Assembly (NCBI RefSeq): GCF_009914755.1
Contig: NC_060926.1
Length of the DNA: 64,000 nucleotides
Source: the human T2T-CHM13v2.0 reference genome, Homo sapiens
Strand: one strand, 5' to 3'
The translations under genes were made by a program, and so were the position numbers. Below, in pieces: positions 33,470 through 50,097 of the stretch (positions are counted from its first letter, which is position 1; each line of letters starts with the position of its first letter). The notes beneath the pieces are model-generated. The model was not told where the DNA came from, did not search any database, and saw only the letters and a program-made list of their open reading frames with translations.

Positions 33470-33950
33470 ATCAGAGAGCAATATTTGCAATAATCATAAG
33501 AGACAAAGAGCTAATATTACAATACAAACAGAGTTCATAAATGTCAATAAGAACAGTAGAAACTCCAGAGGTAAACATGCTAATGGTGTTAATTGATACT
33601 TACAGGAAGAGAAATAGAAATGATGAATAAATATGGAAACAAGGTCACCACATGCCTAGTTATCAAAGAAATGCAAATTAAAATAATATCAAGATTGTTT
33701 TCAGAGTATTTAAAAAATTTGTTCAATGCTCTCTGAAGCATAATGAAGCAATCTCTTACATGCTGCTTCTGAAAATGGACTAGCAACAATTTCCACTTTG
33801 GAGACTCTATCATAAAGAAAAACAACATTCTGAAAAGCATGTATGCCCCTACATATTAATTTTAATAATGTTTAATAGTATTTTTAATGAAGTGAAAATG
33901 GAAATCATCTAAATGTTCAACATTAGAGGAATGGCTAAGTCAATTACAAT
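33470..33950 (+). mobile_element. Old L1M ORF2 3' fragment
   Basis: AATATTTGCAATAATCAT...CAAAGAAATGCAAATTAAAA...TGGAAATCATCTAAATGTTCAAC. Confidence 0.6.
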
Positions 33951-34375
33951 TATCTCCTGCAGAGTGCGGTCTGAGTCCCATCTCCCCGGTGAGCACTCAG
34001 GACTTACTTCTTGATCAAATCTCTAATATTCGAGGATCACATCCCACTGTGATTACCTGTCTCTGTATTTATCTATCTATTTGCTTCCTCATCTGTGAAT
34101 TCTTTGTGGCAGGGATGCTTTTTACTTATATGTCCATTTCCATTATGACTGTACTATATAACTTGTAGTAGAGAGTCAATAAATATTTATTAAATGAATA
34201 AGAACAAAATGTACATAGATTATCCTGTATTCATAAAAATGATATTGGGAGCATGTTAGGTCATTAAAAATGCTCATGTGATAATGACAGAAATGTCAGG
34301 GAGAAAAAAAGTAGAAAAGGAAGAATGTATTATTGTATTCATAATGATAAAAGAGCTTACATTTATTACGCTCCG

Positions 34376-34675
34376 TTTATGTTTTGTTTTGTTTTTGAGA
34401 CACGGTCTAGCTCTGTCGCCCAGGCCGGAATGCAGTGGCATGATCTCGGCTCGCTGCAACCTCCACCTCCTGGGTTCAAGTGATTCTTGTGCCTCAGCTT
34501 CCCAAGTAGCTGGGATTATAGGCATGCACCACCACACCTGACTAATTGTGTTTTTATTAGAGATGGGGTTTCACCATGTTGGCCAGGCTGGTCTCAAACT
34601 CCTGACCTCAAGTGATCCATCTGCCTCGGTCTCCCAAACTGCTAGGATTACAGGTGTGAGCCATCACACCCAGCC
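34376..34675 (-). mobile_element. AluS, full length
   Basis: (GTTTT)n tail, GAGACACGGTCT...GTGAGCCATCACACCCAGCC. Confidence 0.94.
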
Positions 34676-37009
34676 TCCTTTTGTGTTAAGTGCAATTTAT
34701 ATATATTTTGTTTGCTTTTAATCCCTTTAATGATCCTTTGGGGTTCCAACTATGTTTTAATTTTAAAGCAAATAGCATTTTTATTTCCACATCGCAGATT
34801 AAGAAGACAAATCTTAGGGCGTTAACAAATTTTGTCAAGATGATACTACCAGGCTTAGCTGGGGCACTTACCCAGGCTGTATGACCCCAGAACTGATTTC
34901 CTGAATACCATGCTGTACTGTGTCTAGTGTGAATATGGACAAAACAAAGACACTCAACCCTGCACTGAAAAAGTGTTGTACAAAGCTCTCCAAATATTGA
35001 CCATGATTGGCTTTGCTTACTAAGACTATAAAGGTTAGTTTTCTTTATTACAAATTTTCTATATTGACCTTGTATGACATTCACAATGGGAAAAGTAATT
35101 AATGCTTAAAAAAAAAAAGCAATGGCAATTGAGGTGGACATGTATTCACTCTAAAACAAAAATCTAGCTTAGAACCCACCCAGAGTCCTGTTTGCTGAAA
35201 CATTAAAAGGACCTTGTCAATAGCCTAGAGTTGGGTGACCCAGATAGCAGGTCGCCCACGCATGCGGGGAATCAGCAGAACTGGACAATAGATTGAGAGA
35301 AAATTTTAACTTGAATAACTTACCCAGAAATTAGAAAAACCTGGAAAGAAGCTATTGAAATGTCCAAATGCATGTAGGGATTATTGCACCATTTGGTTTT
35401 GCCTGGATTGTCATTTCACACAGCATGCGGGGACTTATTCTCCAGCACTCAAGGCCTCCATGTTTTTATGTGGCTGAGCAAGAGATATGCATTCTACAAG
35501 GCGAGCTCACAGAATGGCTTCAAGAAGGGTTGAACGTTGTGGTCTATTTTCAAACCATAAACCCAGACACGGATGGGGTAGAAGGCTACAGAGGGGAACG
35601 AATGAAGGGACATTTCCTATCAAGTGCTCAACATGTCCTATGCACAGGCCCATTGGACTTTTCTCTGGGGCTGTTAACTGGGGGAGCTGAGACTTGCCTT
35701 TGAAGTACATCATGCCAAGGAGTTGAATTCGTGTCAGCAGGAGACACTGCACAGGCTCCAGGGTGGTCGAGTGCTTATTGGACATGGCATGAGTAGTCCT
35801 GTTGGTATTTCATTGTAATTCACCATTAATTTCAAGCTGATACCAATGAATAGGACACTGTGACAGACTAATGGTTTCCTGCCCCATGCTGATGGCAGCT
35901 GAAGTGTTCATTTTTCTAGCTGGAGGCATTGATCTCAGGGCCAGAGGTCAATTACAAAGACTATCGAGTGAATTGTGACTAATGTTAAAACATTTTGCAA
36001 AAACATAACATAGTGGGGTTTCACAAAAATGTGATAAACGTTCACAGAGTCTTTGTTCAATTCTGAGAATTCTCAGTAGGATGGCAAGAATAAATGCTGT
36101 TTGTTTCGGGCAAACAGAGAGAAACATGAGCAGCTTCCTAGAGGTGACCACACTTTCAAGAGGCTCTGGAAGGTAGCAGGGTAGAAGCACACTGTTATTT
36201 GTTTTGTTCATATTAACTGAGTACCCAGATTTCAACAAGAACCTGGATGAAGGAAGGGCCATCAAAAAACCCAATTCTCAAATGTCTCGGTCTGGCCTAA
36301 TGAAACCCTTAGCCAACAGTGGATCCAATGAACAGGTTTGAAAGACCATTCATCCTTTTCATAGTGGATTAAAAAACATGTGAATAAGCTTTTCACTCTC
36401 TTTTCTCACTGGAATAAATACTTAAAACCTCCTCCAACCAACTTGTACATAATTTTCTCACAACCGCAAAACCATGCACTCAACTCCTCTATCCCTGACC
36501 TTCCTGAGCTCCGTGTGACCGCACAAAGTCACACGACACTCCTTTTAGCTGAGTGTCTAGAATACCAGTAAATTCTCTCCCACAGAACTCAAGTGAAGGG
36601 CCCTTGTGTTCAGCCACATCACAGAATTCTCTGGCTTGTGATCTGATCTTTTTCTAGCATGTGATTCCAGTAAAATGACCCATTATGCCTTAAGTTACAA
36701 ATATTTACAGGCCTAGGGTCAATTTCCTTAAATTTGATTTTATTTTTGGTCCCACTACTATTTTTTTCAGAAATTTAAACAGTTATTGCCAAAAATTATT
36801 TCCCTTCTATTTCAAAAAGCATGACCAGAATATTTGCAAAACTCATGGACTGTGATTGTTGGATACCATTGTTAGTCAACAGAGATAGTTTAGCATCTCT
36901 TGGCCAATCAAAAGTCAGGTTTTCTTAAGATTATATTCATCCTAATTGTTTGCTATTGGGTCTTTTTCCAGTTTGCATTTTTATTATTTTCCTGTCTGTA
37001 TCTTCCCCC

Positions 37010-37800
37010 AATTTTATTTAAATGTAATTGACAAAGAAACATTGTGTATATTTATGGTGCATATGATATTTTGATATGTGTGTACCTTGTAAAATGATTA
37101 CCACAATCATGCTAATTAATGTATTCATCACCTCACATAGTTATTTGTGTGTGGTGAGAACGTTTTAAGATCCATTTTCTTAGCAAATTTCAATTATATG
37201 ATATAGTATTGTGTTAGTTTGCTCTCGCACTGCTATAAAGAAATACCTGACAATGGAGAATTTATAAAGAAAAGAGGTTTAATTGGCTCACGGTTCTGCA
37301 GGTTGTACATTAAGCATGATTCTGCCATCTGCTTGGCTTCTGGGGAAGCCTCAGGAAACTTACAACCACGGCAGAAGGAAAAAGGGGGAGCTGGCATCTC
37401 ATATAGTGGGAGCAGGAGGAAGGGGCAGGGAGGTGCCACACACTTTTAAACAAGCAGATCTCACGAGAACTTGCTCACTTTCGCGAGGACAGTACCGTGT
37501 GGGGGGATGGTGTTAAGCCATTCATGAGAACTCTGCCCCCATGATCCAATCACCTCCCACCAGGCCCTACCTCCAGCATTGGGGATTACATTTCAACACG
37601 AGATTTGGGTGGGGACACAGATCCAAACCATATCAATTATTAACTCTAGACACCGGGCTGTGCATTAGGTCTCCAGAACTTATTCCTCTTGCATAATTGA
37701 AATTTTGGATCCTTTAACCAACATCCCCCCATTCCCGCTCCTCAGTCCCTGCAACCATCATCCTACTCTCTGCTTCTATGAGTTTGACTTTTTAAGATCA
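37010..37800 (-). mobile_element. L1MA-type 3' end, interrupted by MSTA
   Basis: CATCACCTCACATAGTTA...AGGTCTCCAGAACTTATTC...CTACTCTCTGCTTCTATGAGTTTGAC. Confidence 0.8.
37210..37635 (-). mobile_element. MSTA-like solo LTR
   Basis: GCTATAAAGAAATACCTGA...GAGGTTTAATTGGCTCACGG...GGGGACACAGATCCAAACCATATCA; TSD-like AGTAT/ATTAT. Confidence 0.9.
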
Positions 37801-37879
37801 TCACAGTTGTTTTTAATTTGACATTTAAAAGCTCTTAGCAATGAAGAGACTCTCATTTAAATAAAATTATGAACACACA

Positions 37880-38016
37880 TTTTTTCTTTTTCTTTTTTTT
37901 AAATAGAGATGGGGTCCCACTTTGTTACCCAGGCTAGTCTTAAACTCCAGAGATCAAGTGATCCTCCTGTCTCAGCCTCCTGAAGTGCTGGGATTACAGC
38001 CCCACCACACCCAGCC
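37880..38016 (-). mobile_element. Alu left monomer (FLAM-like)
   Basis: AGAGATGGGGTC...GTGCTGGGATTACAG...CACACCCAGCC. Confidence 0.8.
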
Positions 38017-39672
38017 CATTTTTTATTTTATCTTCATATTTTCCTCTTCCCTTTCCCCCCAGCACCCTGTCTTCATTCAAGTAGATCTGTAGCTTTGAGC
38101 TAAAGAGGAGACATGGGACGGGGCAAAAATCATAAATAAATAGATAAATAAATAAAGCAGAATGAATAAATCTTCTCTTTAAAAGCCTAAGCCCTTAAAA
38201 CACCATAAAAGGTTTACAGCATGGACAAAACGTTTCAGAAATATGGGTGGGGTTTCCTTAGAGACAGGAACGCATCTCTGGACTGGGGGAAGGAAATGGA
38301 TAAATGTTGAGGAGAGAGAATGTTGGTGGGTCTCAGACAGAGCCACTCTCGGGTGGGCCCTGGAGGGGCTGAGACCAGGTGCTGTCAGTGGGGTCAGGGC
38401 AGGTAAGACATTGGGTAACCATGGAGGTGTTTTTGTGCCTGAGAGAGGGTGGCACTGAAACAAATGCATGTTTCCTCCCCCACAGTGATGCTGAGAGCTG
38501 CACTTGAAGGGGCCAGGTGGGCAGACAGATAGTTCATGGTAGCAAGGCCAGTGCCCTCCAGCCAAACCACCAGGAGCACAGCTGCAGTTGAACTCAGTTG
38601 GTTTCACTGACACATTGCAGTAGGCAGAAGAATCATGGGCACGTAGGTAAGAGGCATTGGAAGGACCTATTATAGAGCCTGGGCTCATGTTAGGTAATGC
38701 AGGGAAGGGGTCAAAGAACCGGGACACCAATCCAGGTTGGATGCTTGCAGGAAGCAAGCGTGATTCTCTGAGTGCATGCTTATTTTTATCTGGAAGGAGG
38801 AGGGGGTGCAGAGACTAAATCTCCCTGGGAAAGAGGCAGCTGAGGCACATCACGCTTGCTCACTTTGCGGCATGGGCAATCCTCATGCTCTGTCTCTGTT
38901 CAGGTATGATGATGGAGCGCGCTCGTCTGAGGGTCACAGAGTGGCCTGGTGTGGTGTGAATGCTCTGCGAAATTCTGTTCAACAGGACACCCAGGACCTG
39001 TGGTGAGAGTCACACAGCTCCCAGCAACTTTCAGGACCAACTGATAGTTCCAGGCCTGCTCCCTTTCTCCGCAGAGACCTGTGCAGCTCAGTAGCTAAGG
39101 GCAGATGAAGGCACACCTGCATGGGTTGACAACCCGAATCTAGAGAGCCCCGCCCTGCAGTCCCACCAGAATGCTTGGTGATACGCAATTTTAAAGGACC
39201 TGCATTCTTGAGGAGCCCATATAGACTGAGACTGTTTTCTTCACTCCGACAGAGCTGAGGGTCTAAATAGAAATTAATCTGAAGCTACAGGATAAAGGCA
39301 ATCATATTTCTTGCAAACCTGAGTTGTGGCAGAGACTGCTAACAGTTGGATACTCCAGGTCTACACCGTGAGCTGGCTACAGACCCTCAAATTAGAGCCA
39401 TGCCATTTCTAGGCAATGGCTGTGGTCTTTTAGCGGCCAATGCTGATTTCAGAAATGTCAGTGGCTTCAGGTGGCATTTAGTTTCAAAGTTTCCTGCAAA
39501 ATCTTCTACATTCCCCAAACATATCAAGACCATGAGCTGAATAATGAGCTGATGGAGCTTCTTAGGATTTTCTGCTGACTTTAGTTCTTTGTTTCCAGGA
39601 ATAGTCCTAGAAAGGATTCGGGGCATAGAGAGTTATCTAGAAGGCCCCTAATACAAAGTTGGAAATTCTTTA

Positions 39673-40225
<553 letters not shown>

Positions 40226-40292
40226 TTACTTTGCTTGTGGCAAAACTGACTACTTCCTGCAAATGGTACCCGTAAAGAGAACCAACAGTGGA

Positions 40293-41976
<1,684 letters not shown>

Positions 41977-43839
41977 TAATGAGACAAAAATAACTGAGGC
42001 TTGGGACAGGAAGCAAAGATGAATGTTCCTACCCCTGCTTGTCTCAGGGAGTCATTTGTAATTGAAAGAGAAAAGTGCTTTAAATTTTTCTCTTTAGGCC
42101 AGCTAACCACAACATGTCCTACTTTTTAAGCTCATGGGTTGCCCTCTTCATTTCTAAGGGCACATGCCTACCATGTGGAGCATACCAAGAGCTGGGGTTC
42201 TGTGGATAGGGGTTAGGCCCTGCTCCTGACTGCAGCTGCAGAGAGTTTTCTTCTGCCTTCTTGACCCCGACACTCTAAGTCCTGGCCAGATCCTCGTGGC
42301 TTGCTCATGGACATGGTAGCCTTCCTGCCAGCTGGAGGAACATCTCATTTCCCCACATATTTGAGAGTGGTCATTATCCAGTAGCAACATGTACATCAAA
42401 TCCTTCCTCTACACAAGCAGCTAATTTAAAAAAATCAAGAAAGGGGGCCGTCTATGAGTGGGCCCATAAGACTGTTCTTCCTAATGGATCCTGGGTCTCT
42501 GCCTGCTTTCCTCGTCAGACACTCCCACTTTATTAGATGCTAGGATGTGCCACTCCCTCTAAGAAATATGTTTATGACTAAGGAAGCCTCTTCCTGGGTT
42601 TCCAAATGTTTATGCTTCTGCACATTTTCATGGATCCTCCTTTGAAAGAAAGGCCAATTGTTTAAGTACCACCATGGAGGTGGGAAGACCTTAAGTGTCC
42701 CCAAATTGTCAGACCCTAGAGCAGACTTCATTTCACATTGCAACTACAGTTCATCAGTATAGTATGCAATGACTTGTGAGTGATACTGGACTCACCTCTT
42801 AGAATACATGCACTGAGGAGGTTCCAGAGGTCAGAGTAGACCTAATTCAAAGTTAAAGTGAAGGTGCCGAAGGGAAGCCAAAGATGTCAGATCAATGTGT
42901 TTCATTCTAAGAAATACATTGGGATCTCCTAATGGAATATCCTAGTGGGAGCTTTCATACGATGATAAAGTCATGAGGAAGTGACCATGTCTAAAGAGGC
43001 AAAGGCCCATCATTAAGATGAAAAATTATTTTGCATTTTACTAAACCATTCTATTTTCTTTAAAGTGTCTCTTTTTGTGCTGTACTTTCATATAAGAGCC
43101 ACAGTGATCATTTTCCACACTCCATCCAGCCACCTAAAGCCTTACTTATGTTCTGAGACTATGGCCCGAAAGACACAGCAGCTGAGTGTGCACTTTCTGT
43201 ATGGAGCTAGACTTCCTCTGGGATCACAATCTCCCCTTCTCCCTCAGTGCCTGGGTGGGGTGACATAGAAGGGAGGTCAATGAGTCAAATGAAGTGACCG
43301 TCGGGGGGTGTGTAGACGGGAGCCTGTAGCTCTGCTCCCAAATTCTTTTCGAGCACCATGGTTGTCTACTTCTCTTGGTTGTCCACTTTTCTAGCTTAAA
43401 AATTTTGCTCTATGCAAAGTTTTTTATGAAGACGGGCTTTGAGTCACCTTGCCCACCCCCCCCACAAAGAAACCACTGCCCTAAACCCCTGAAGTTCAGT
43501 ACTTCATTCATTGACTGTGCAACAAGGACAACTGTGTCCTTGTTGTCAGCTAATATCTTAGTTTGGAACCTTCCAGTCACAAAGACTTGAATGCAGGAGT
43601 TACTTGAGGGGTGGGGGCTCATCCTGAGAAGCATGAAGGAGGGAGTGGAGAAGGTGAGACTGAGAAGCAAGGAAATGCAATCATGGTGTTTGCTGAGCAA
43701 ATCTCCACTGGGCAGCTGAGGCCGGCCCCACAGCATCATGCAGAACACGCTTAGTGGCTGCCCCTCCGATGGAAGGAAAGCTGGGATATTTATCTCTAAT
43801 TCTCATGCCTCATTCGTGGAGGGTTTATCCTAAAGGTGT

Positions 43840-44563
43840 CAAACTACCTAACGGGTTCTCCTTGTCCACTGCCCAGACAGAGCCGATTTATCAAGACGGG
43901 GGAATTGCAATAGAGAAAGAGTTTAATACACACAGAGCCAGCTAAACAGGAGACTGAAGTTTCATTACTCAAATCAGTCTCCCCAGAAATTCAGAGACTG
44001 GAGTTTTTAAAAAATAATTTGGTGGGTAGGGGGCCAGGGAGTTGGGGGGTGCTGATGGGTCAGGTTGAAGATGAACTCTTAGGGGGTCGAAGTGGGTGGG
44101 TTGTTCTTGCTGCCTTCTGTTCCTGGGTGGGACTGCAGAACTGGTTGAGCCAAATTAGTGGCCTGGGTGGCTCCAGATGGTGCATTAGAATGCACGGTCT
44201 GAAAAATATCTCAAGCACCAGTAGGTTTTACAATAGTGATATTATTCCTAGGAGGTTTGGAATCTTGTGGCCTCTGACTGCATGACTCCTAAACCATAAT
44301 TTATAATCTTGCGGCTAATTTTTTTGTCTTACACAAGTAGCCTGGTCCCCAGGCAAGAAGGAGGTTTGTTTCAGGAAAGGGGTGATATCATCTTTGTTTC
44401 AACGTTAAACTGTAAACTAAATTCCTCCTGAAGTTAGGTCAGCTTACACCCAGGAATGAACAAGGGCAGCTTGGAGATTAGAAGCAAGATGGAGTCAGTT
44501 GGGTCAAATCTCTTTCACTGCCATAATTTTCTCACTGTGATGATTTTTGCAAAGGTGGTGTCA
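43840..44563 (-). mobile_element. ERV1 solo LTR (LTR8/LTR8A-like) inside an older MLT1-like element
   Basis: Minus strand starts TGACACCACCTTTGCAAAAATCATCACAGTGAGAAAATTATGGCAGTGAAAGAGA; 4-bp TSD GTGT. Confidence 0.8.
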
Positions 44564-46239
44564 GTGTTAGATCCCAGAATTTCTGGGCTTCTTGAGCTTG
44601 GGCTGAACAAGACCTGAGGTGCAGTGCCCAGCAACCTCGTGGGCAGAGAACCAGTGAGACACAGCTGGGAAGCTGTCAGTGGGCAGGGATCTGTCTGCGA
44701 AAGCTCCAGGGACACTCAGGTGTGTGCGTGTGGCAGGAAGTAGGTACGGGGTGGTCCATCAACAGCACATGCTGCAATTAATTTTCATAAATTTACAGAG
44801 GTCCTTGGTTGCTGATGTTTATACGCAACTCCTGTGTTAATTATATTCAGAGTTATAGAGAAAAGGTCTCCTGGATGAATCAGGAAAATAAAACTTAACC
44901 AAATTGAAAAAGAAAAACAGGGCTGTTTTCCCTTGCCCCTGCCTTTTAACTTTAATATAATGATGTGCTACCACCGTGGGGTGTTTTGCATAGATGACAT
45001 TCATACTTGCTCTAGTCCCATACGCTGGCAGACCCTCCCACTATAAGGAACAAAGGGATAAATGGAATGAGAGGAACAGTTGGAAATTACTAAAGCTTTT
45101 TTTCTTTTGTTTTCCCCTGAGTGTGGCATCCTTCAGCCTTGGCTCCCAGAGAAACAGCAGGGTTGAAATTAACATGAAAACAGAGGGAATCCAAAGAAAA
45201 GAAAGCAATTTCAGCTTATGAAATTCAAAGTAGGATTTCACAGAACTAGTGCACTCTCCAAGAAGAGGCAGGATTGTAAGAAAGGATTAGCACACTAAGA
45301 GCCAGGCCGGGACTATGAGGCCATTATCATGATGATGATTATTAGGCCATGGACTTTAATGTAAAGAGAGTAGGTGGGCCCCCCTCCTCACCCATGGGAG
45401 AAGTTTATGGGAAGCTGTGGTTCTCATTTCCCCTTCCCGGATCTGACTGAAAGGGGGCTATGCTAGACAGACATAAGGTGGCCCAACATATTTCAGAGGG
45501 TCAGCGGCATGGTCAGAGAGAGTGCTTTGGGTTTGAATGGTTGAGTCTCTGGCAGCTCCCAGGTGGCCAGGACCAGTGGCTGAGGCCACACCCTGGGGGG
45601 CTGAACTGGATTCTACCGGCATCAGCTGAAGGAGGACAGGACAGAGGCTCAGGGGACTCAGTTGCTCTTCTGAACCTGGAGGAGGCACATGGACAAAACC
45701 AGGCCCTGACTAGCAGAGAGGGAACAGAACATGAGCTCGTCCACTCTAGAAGTTGGCAGAATACCCAGCGAGGGGATAAGGACAACCTTCCCCTGGGGGA
45801 CAGCAGAACTGCCACGCCTCAGGCGCGATCTTCCCTCCACCACCTGGCACAGTCTGGTGGGGATGCACTCCTGTCAGCCAGGATGGTGGGTGATTGTCAT
45901 TCTGTGGCTTGGTTCTTCGGTTGATCTGTGTTCAGATGCGCCATGGGTGGTTTTGGTCTTACTCTGTGGTGGGCACAGTCTGATGCGGATGCTGATGTTC
46001 TGTGACGTCATTTGTGCTCAGCAGGAGAACGCCAAGACCAGGCTGGGTGTGCCATGTGGCTCCCTGATGTCAGGGGCTGCCTGTCTCTTTTCCATCAGAA
46101 CCTAGATTAGCTTCATGTGGACAAGCATATCAACATAGTCCGTTAGATAGCTTCCAAGCACACTTTACTATAGAAAAAAATGTAGCTTCCCAGGAAGAAG
46201 GAATATGAATCAGGTAGAAATGGAGTCCTTATTCATCAA

Positions 46240-47240
46240 ATAGCTTGGTCTGTTCGTTAACTATTTGTAAAAAGAGCAACTTAGATCCAGACTTAGCAAC
46301 ATACTGCACGAGAAATTTCAGTTAGGTTAGAGAAAATTGTGCTTCAGAAAATCTAAGAGCTAACATTTTAGAAACACACATTAAATATATTTTTCAAATC
46401 CTCGAATGTCACAGGATTTTCCAAGTTGAAGCACCAGCATTTATCTCAAAGACAGTCATCGGTATAGTTGAATCCATCAAAATTTAAAATAGTATGTGTC
46501 AAAGCACACTATAAATAAAACGAAAAGTCAGACATCTCATTTTAAAAAGTGTTTTAAACAAAAAATGAGAAATGAAAATATCAATAATATTTAAACAGCT
46601 CACATACATCAATAGAAAGGCACTAAAATGGACAAATGCATGATCAAATGTATACCAGTTTGATATATAAATGATTACTAAATATTGGGACAAATGCCTT
46701 GCTTTGCTAATAACAAAAAGTAAACAATCATAATATACAATGAAAAAACAATCATACAAACAACAAAACAAAACATAATTCCATGTCCTAAAACCGTGAA
46801 CAATATTTTTTAATTGAAAATGCCAAACAACCACGATCATGTGTTTAAAATGAACACTCTCAAATACTGTTGGTAGGGTTATAAATTGTTCCAACTTTCT
46901 TTAAAAGTAACTTAGCACTGCATATACCCATGTCTTTTAGACTTCTAATTCTACTTCTAGAAATCTAACCTGGAAAAATATTTTGAAATGCAAAAGTTTT
47001 TGCACAAGACGATCATAGAATATTTATAATAAGTAAATATAATACAATATATAATATAAATATAAATATAATGTAAATATAATAACAAAAGAAAAAAACC
47101 AGAAGTTACTTAGGTAACAAAGGGAGGGTGGCAAAAGTCATATGGCTTTCTATAAAATATAATGTTATGAATTGTATTTCACAGAGTCCTAATGGCTTGG
47201 GAAAAATCTTTCTATTTAATGTTTATTTGTCCCCTTCAAA
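46240..47240 (+). mobile_element. Old L1M ORF2/3' fragments
   Basis: A-rich decayed L1 motifs (TAATTCTACTTCTAGAAATCTAACC; ACTCTCAAATACTGTTGGTAGG). Confidence 0.55.
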
Positions 47241-47350
47241 AATACTTTAATATTTTAAAATATTAAATATGATATTGCATGGTCATGTTTGACCTTTAAG
47301 ATATTAAGGATTTTAAAAGGAGTTTTTTTTTTTTATCATGAGTAAATTTT

Positions 47351-47807
<457 letters not shown>

Positions 47808-48654
47808 CTACCTTTGGATGGAAGCACACATTCAGTAGAGTTTTAAATAATTACAAATGATTCACTGTGTCAAGCAGCTTGTGTTTTTTCATTCTGACAT
47901 ATGTGTAAATCCTTTTCTTGAGGAAAAACAATTTGATCTTTATTATTCCAACACAGCGTGGGTGTCTGTCATGAATGAAAATGTCAATGCATTTTCATAA
48001 CAGAATATACCTTTTGGTATTGGCAAAGAAATTAATTCTTCATTGCACCCGCTGCATAAAGAAGCGACTTTCATCCTGTGTAATGTGTGAGCCTCCATGT
48101 TGCATTATTAATGTGCACTATTTACAGGCGTACAATGCAGACAGCAATTTCCCATAAAATTGCTGAGTGTTTCGTCTTGTTCATTTGAAATGATTTGAAA
48201 ATGGTCATTCAACCAGATTGTTATGGTAATGCTACAAATTTAAGTAGTATTTTAGAAACAATAATGTAAAATTTGGTAACACAGTGAATCATGAAAGCAG
48301 GTGTTTAAAAATTACCACCAAATCCTCTAAGTCAGAGACAGAGAGTTGTATTCCACCAGCCACAGGTGGCTCCTGGGAGTTGCTGGTTGGGCTAGAGATG
48401 CTGCTATTTCCTTCTTATTTTGTCTCCTGCAGATCCTCTCCTCCTGCCACTGGGCAGCCCCATGTCCTCTGTGCCTCCCTCACCCCCCACCTCATCCCTA
48501 CGCCCACCACACACACAGGCTGATTACATTAGAAGCAATGCCTACTTCCTCTGGGCCAATTAGATTGTCTGCACAAGGAATTTGAAATTGAGACTTGAAG
48601 GCAAGTTGGCATGCAGTGTAGGGCACTGGAGCTATAAACTCATTGTGATCCTCA

Positions 48655-49180
48655 AACACAGAATGACCATGTGGCTCAGCAATTCCACTCCGAAGTATAT
48701 GCTCAAAAGCACAGAAACACATACTCAAGGACATGCATGTTTATGGCAGCATTGTTCACAACAGCCAAAAATGTGGAAACAATCCAAGTGTCCATCAACA
48801 GATGAATGGGTCCACAAAATGTGCTCTATCCATACAATGGAATATTACTTAGCCATAAAAAGGAATGAAGTTCTGACACATGCTACAATGTGGATGGACC
48901 TCAAAACATCACACTAAGTTAAAGAAGCCAGTCACCAAAAAGCACCTATTAAATGACTCCATTCATATGAAATTCCAGAAGAGGTAAGTCCACAGAGACT
49001 GAAAACAGATTCGTGATTGCTGGCAGCTGAGGGGAGGCGGCAGATTCATGGGCATGGGATTTTCTTTTGTGGTGATGAAAATGTTTTGGAATTAGCAAGA
49101 GGTAGTGGTTGTACAGCATTGTGAATTGTGCATGTTTAAGTGGTTTATTTTATGTTATGTGAATTTCTCTTCAATAATAA
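48655..49180 (+). mobile_element. L1MB-type 3' end
   Basis: ORF2 C-terminal remnant (WKQSKCPSTDEWVHKMCSIHTMEYYLAIKRNE) plus 3'UTR GGTGATGAAAATGTTTTGGAATTAG. Confidence 0.88.
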
Positions 49181-49460
49181 GAAATATATATAGATTTGGG
49201 GTTCAGAGTTGGTACCCTGCAAAGACAGATGCCAGATGAACCATGACGGAGCATAAATGAGGAGGCCAGCAGAAGAAGCTGGCAACAGAGAGGATGTTGA
49301 GGTGGGCATGCAGAGAAGCAGAGGCAGGTTGAGGAGGTGGAGATGGGTGGAGCCAGAAGTTATTGGTGACATTCCAGTTCCTACAGTCAGAGTTCCCCGC
49401 ATCCCTGCAGTAAATATCCTCTTATCTCAAGTGGAATGGGCTTCTGCTTCTCGCATCCCA

Positions 49461-50097
49461 ACAGCCTCAGGAGGTCCTAACGACATGTGCCTAAGGTAGT
49501 CGGGGCACAGCTTGGTTTTATACACTTTAGGGAGACACGAGACATCAATATGTGTGAGATGAACACTGGTTCAATACAGAAAGGCAGGACAACTTGAAAT
49601 GGGGACTTCCAGGCCATAAGTAGATAAGAGACAAAAGGTTGCATTAATTTGGGTCTTTGATCAGCCTTTCACTGAGTACACAATTTACATGTGAGAAGGG
49701 AGTGGAGGAATAGTCACTTCGGCCCCAGTCTGCCTCAGTGAATCTGCATTTTTACATAAACAATAAGGCGGAAGAAACAATCAGATACACATTTGTCTTT
49801 AGTGAGCAGAGGGATGACTTTCAGTTCTGTCCTTTGTCCCACATCTGTGAAGATAAGCGATCATCAATTTACATTGCCGGGGTGAAATTCAACAGAATTG
49901 TTTTAGGGTAAAGATCTTGAGGCCGACAGGGAATTTTCTTGTGGACAAATAGTGATGGAGGTATGTAGCTTTTTACTCTTCGTAGCTATCTTATTTAGTA
50001 ATAAAATAGGAGGCAGGCTTGCCTGATGCACTTCCCAGCCTTAGTTTTCCTATTGGCTTAGTGATTTGGGGGTCCTGAGATTTATTTTCCTTTCACA
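49461..50097 (-). mobile_element. MER4A-like ERV1 LTR, 3' portion missing
   Basis: Minus strand starts TGTGAAAGGAAAATAAATCTC; CCTCAGGAGGTCCT...TTGGTTTTATACA motif. Confidence 0.85.

Noticed and set aside
38179-38757. 192-aa non-repeat ORF (also 184 aa at 50533-51087 and 154 aa at 45460-45924)
   Set aside because: No recognisable domain or exon structure; consistent with chance ORFs
46003-46010. Perfect CRE palindrome TGACGTCA
   Set aside because: A single 8-mer is compatible with chance in 64 kb; no promoter context
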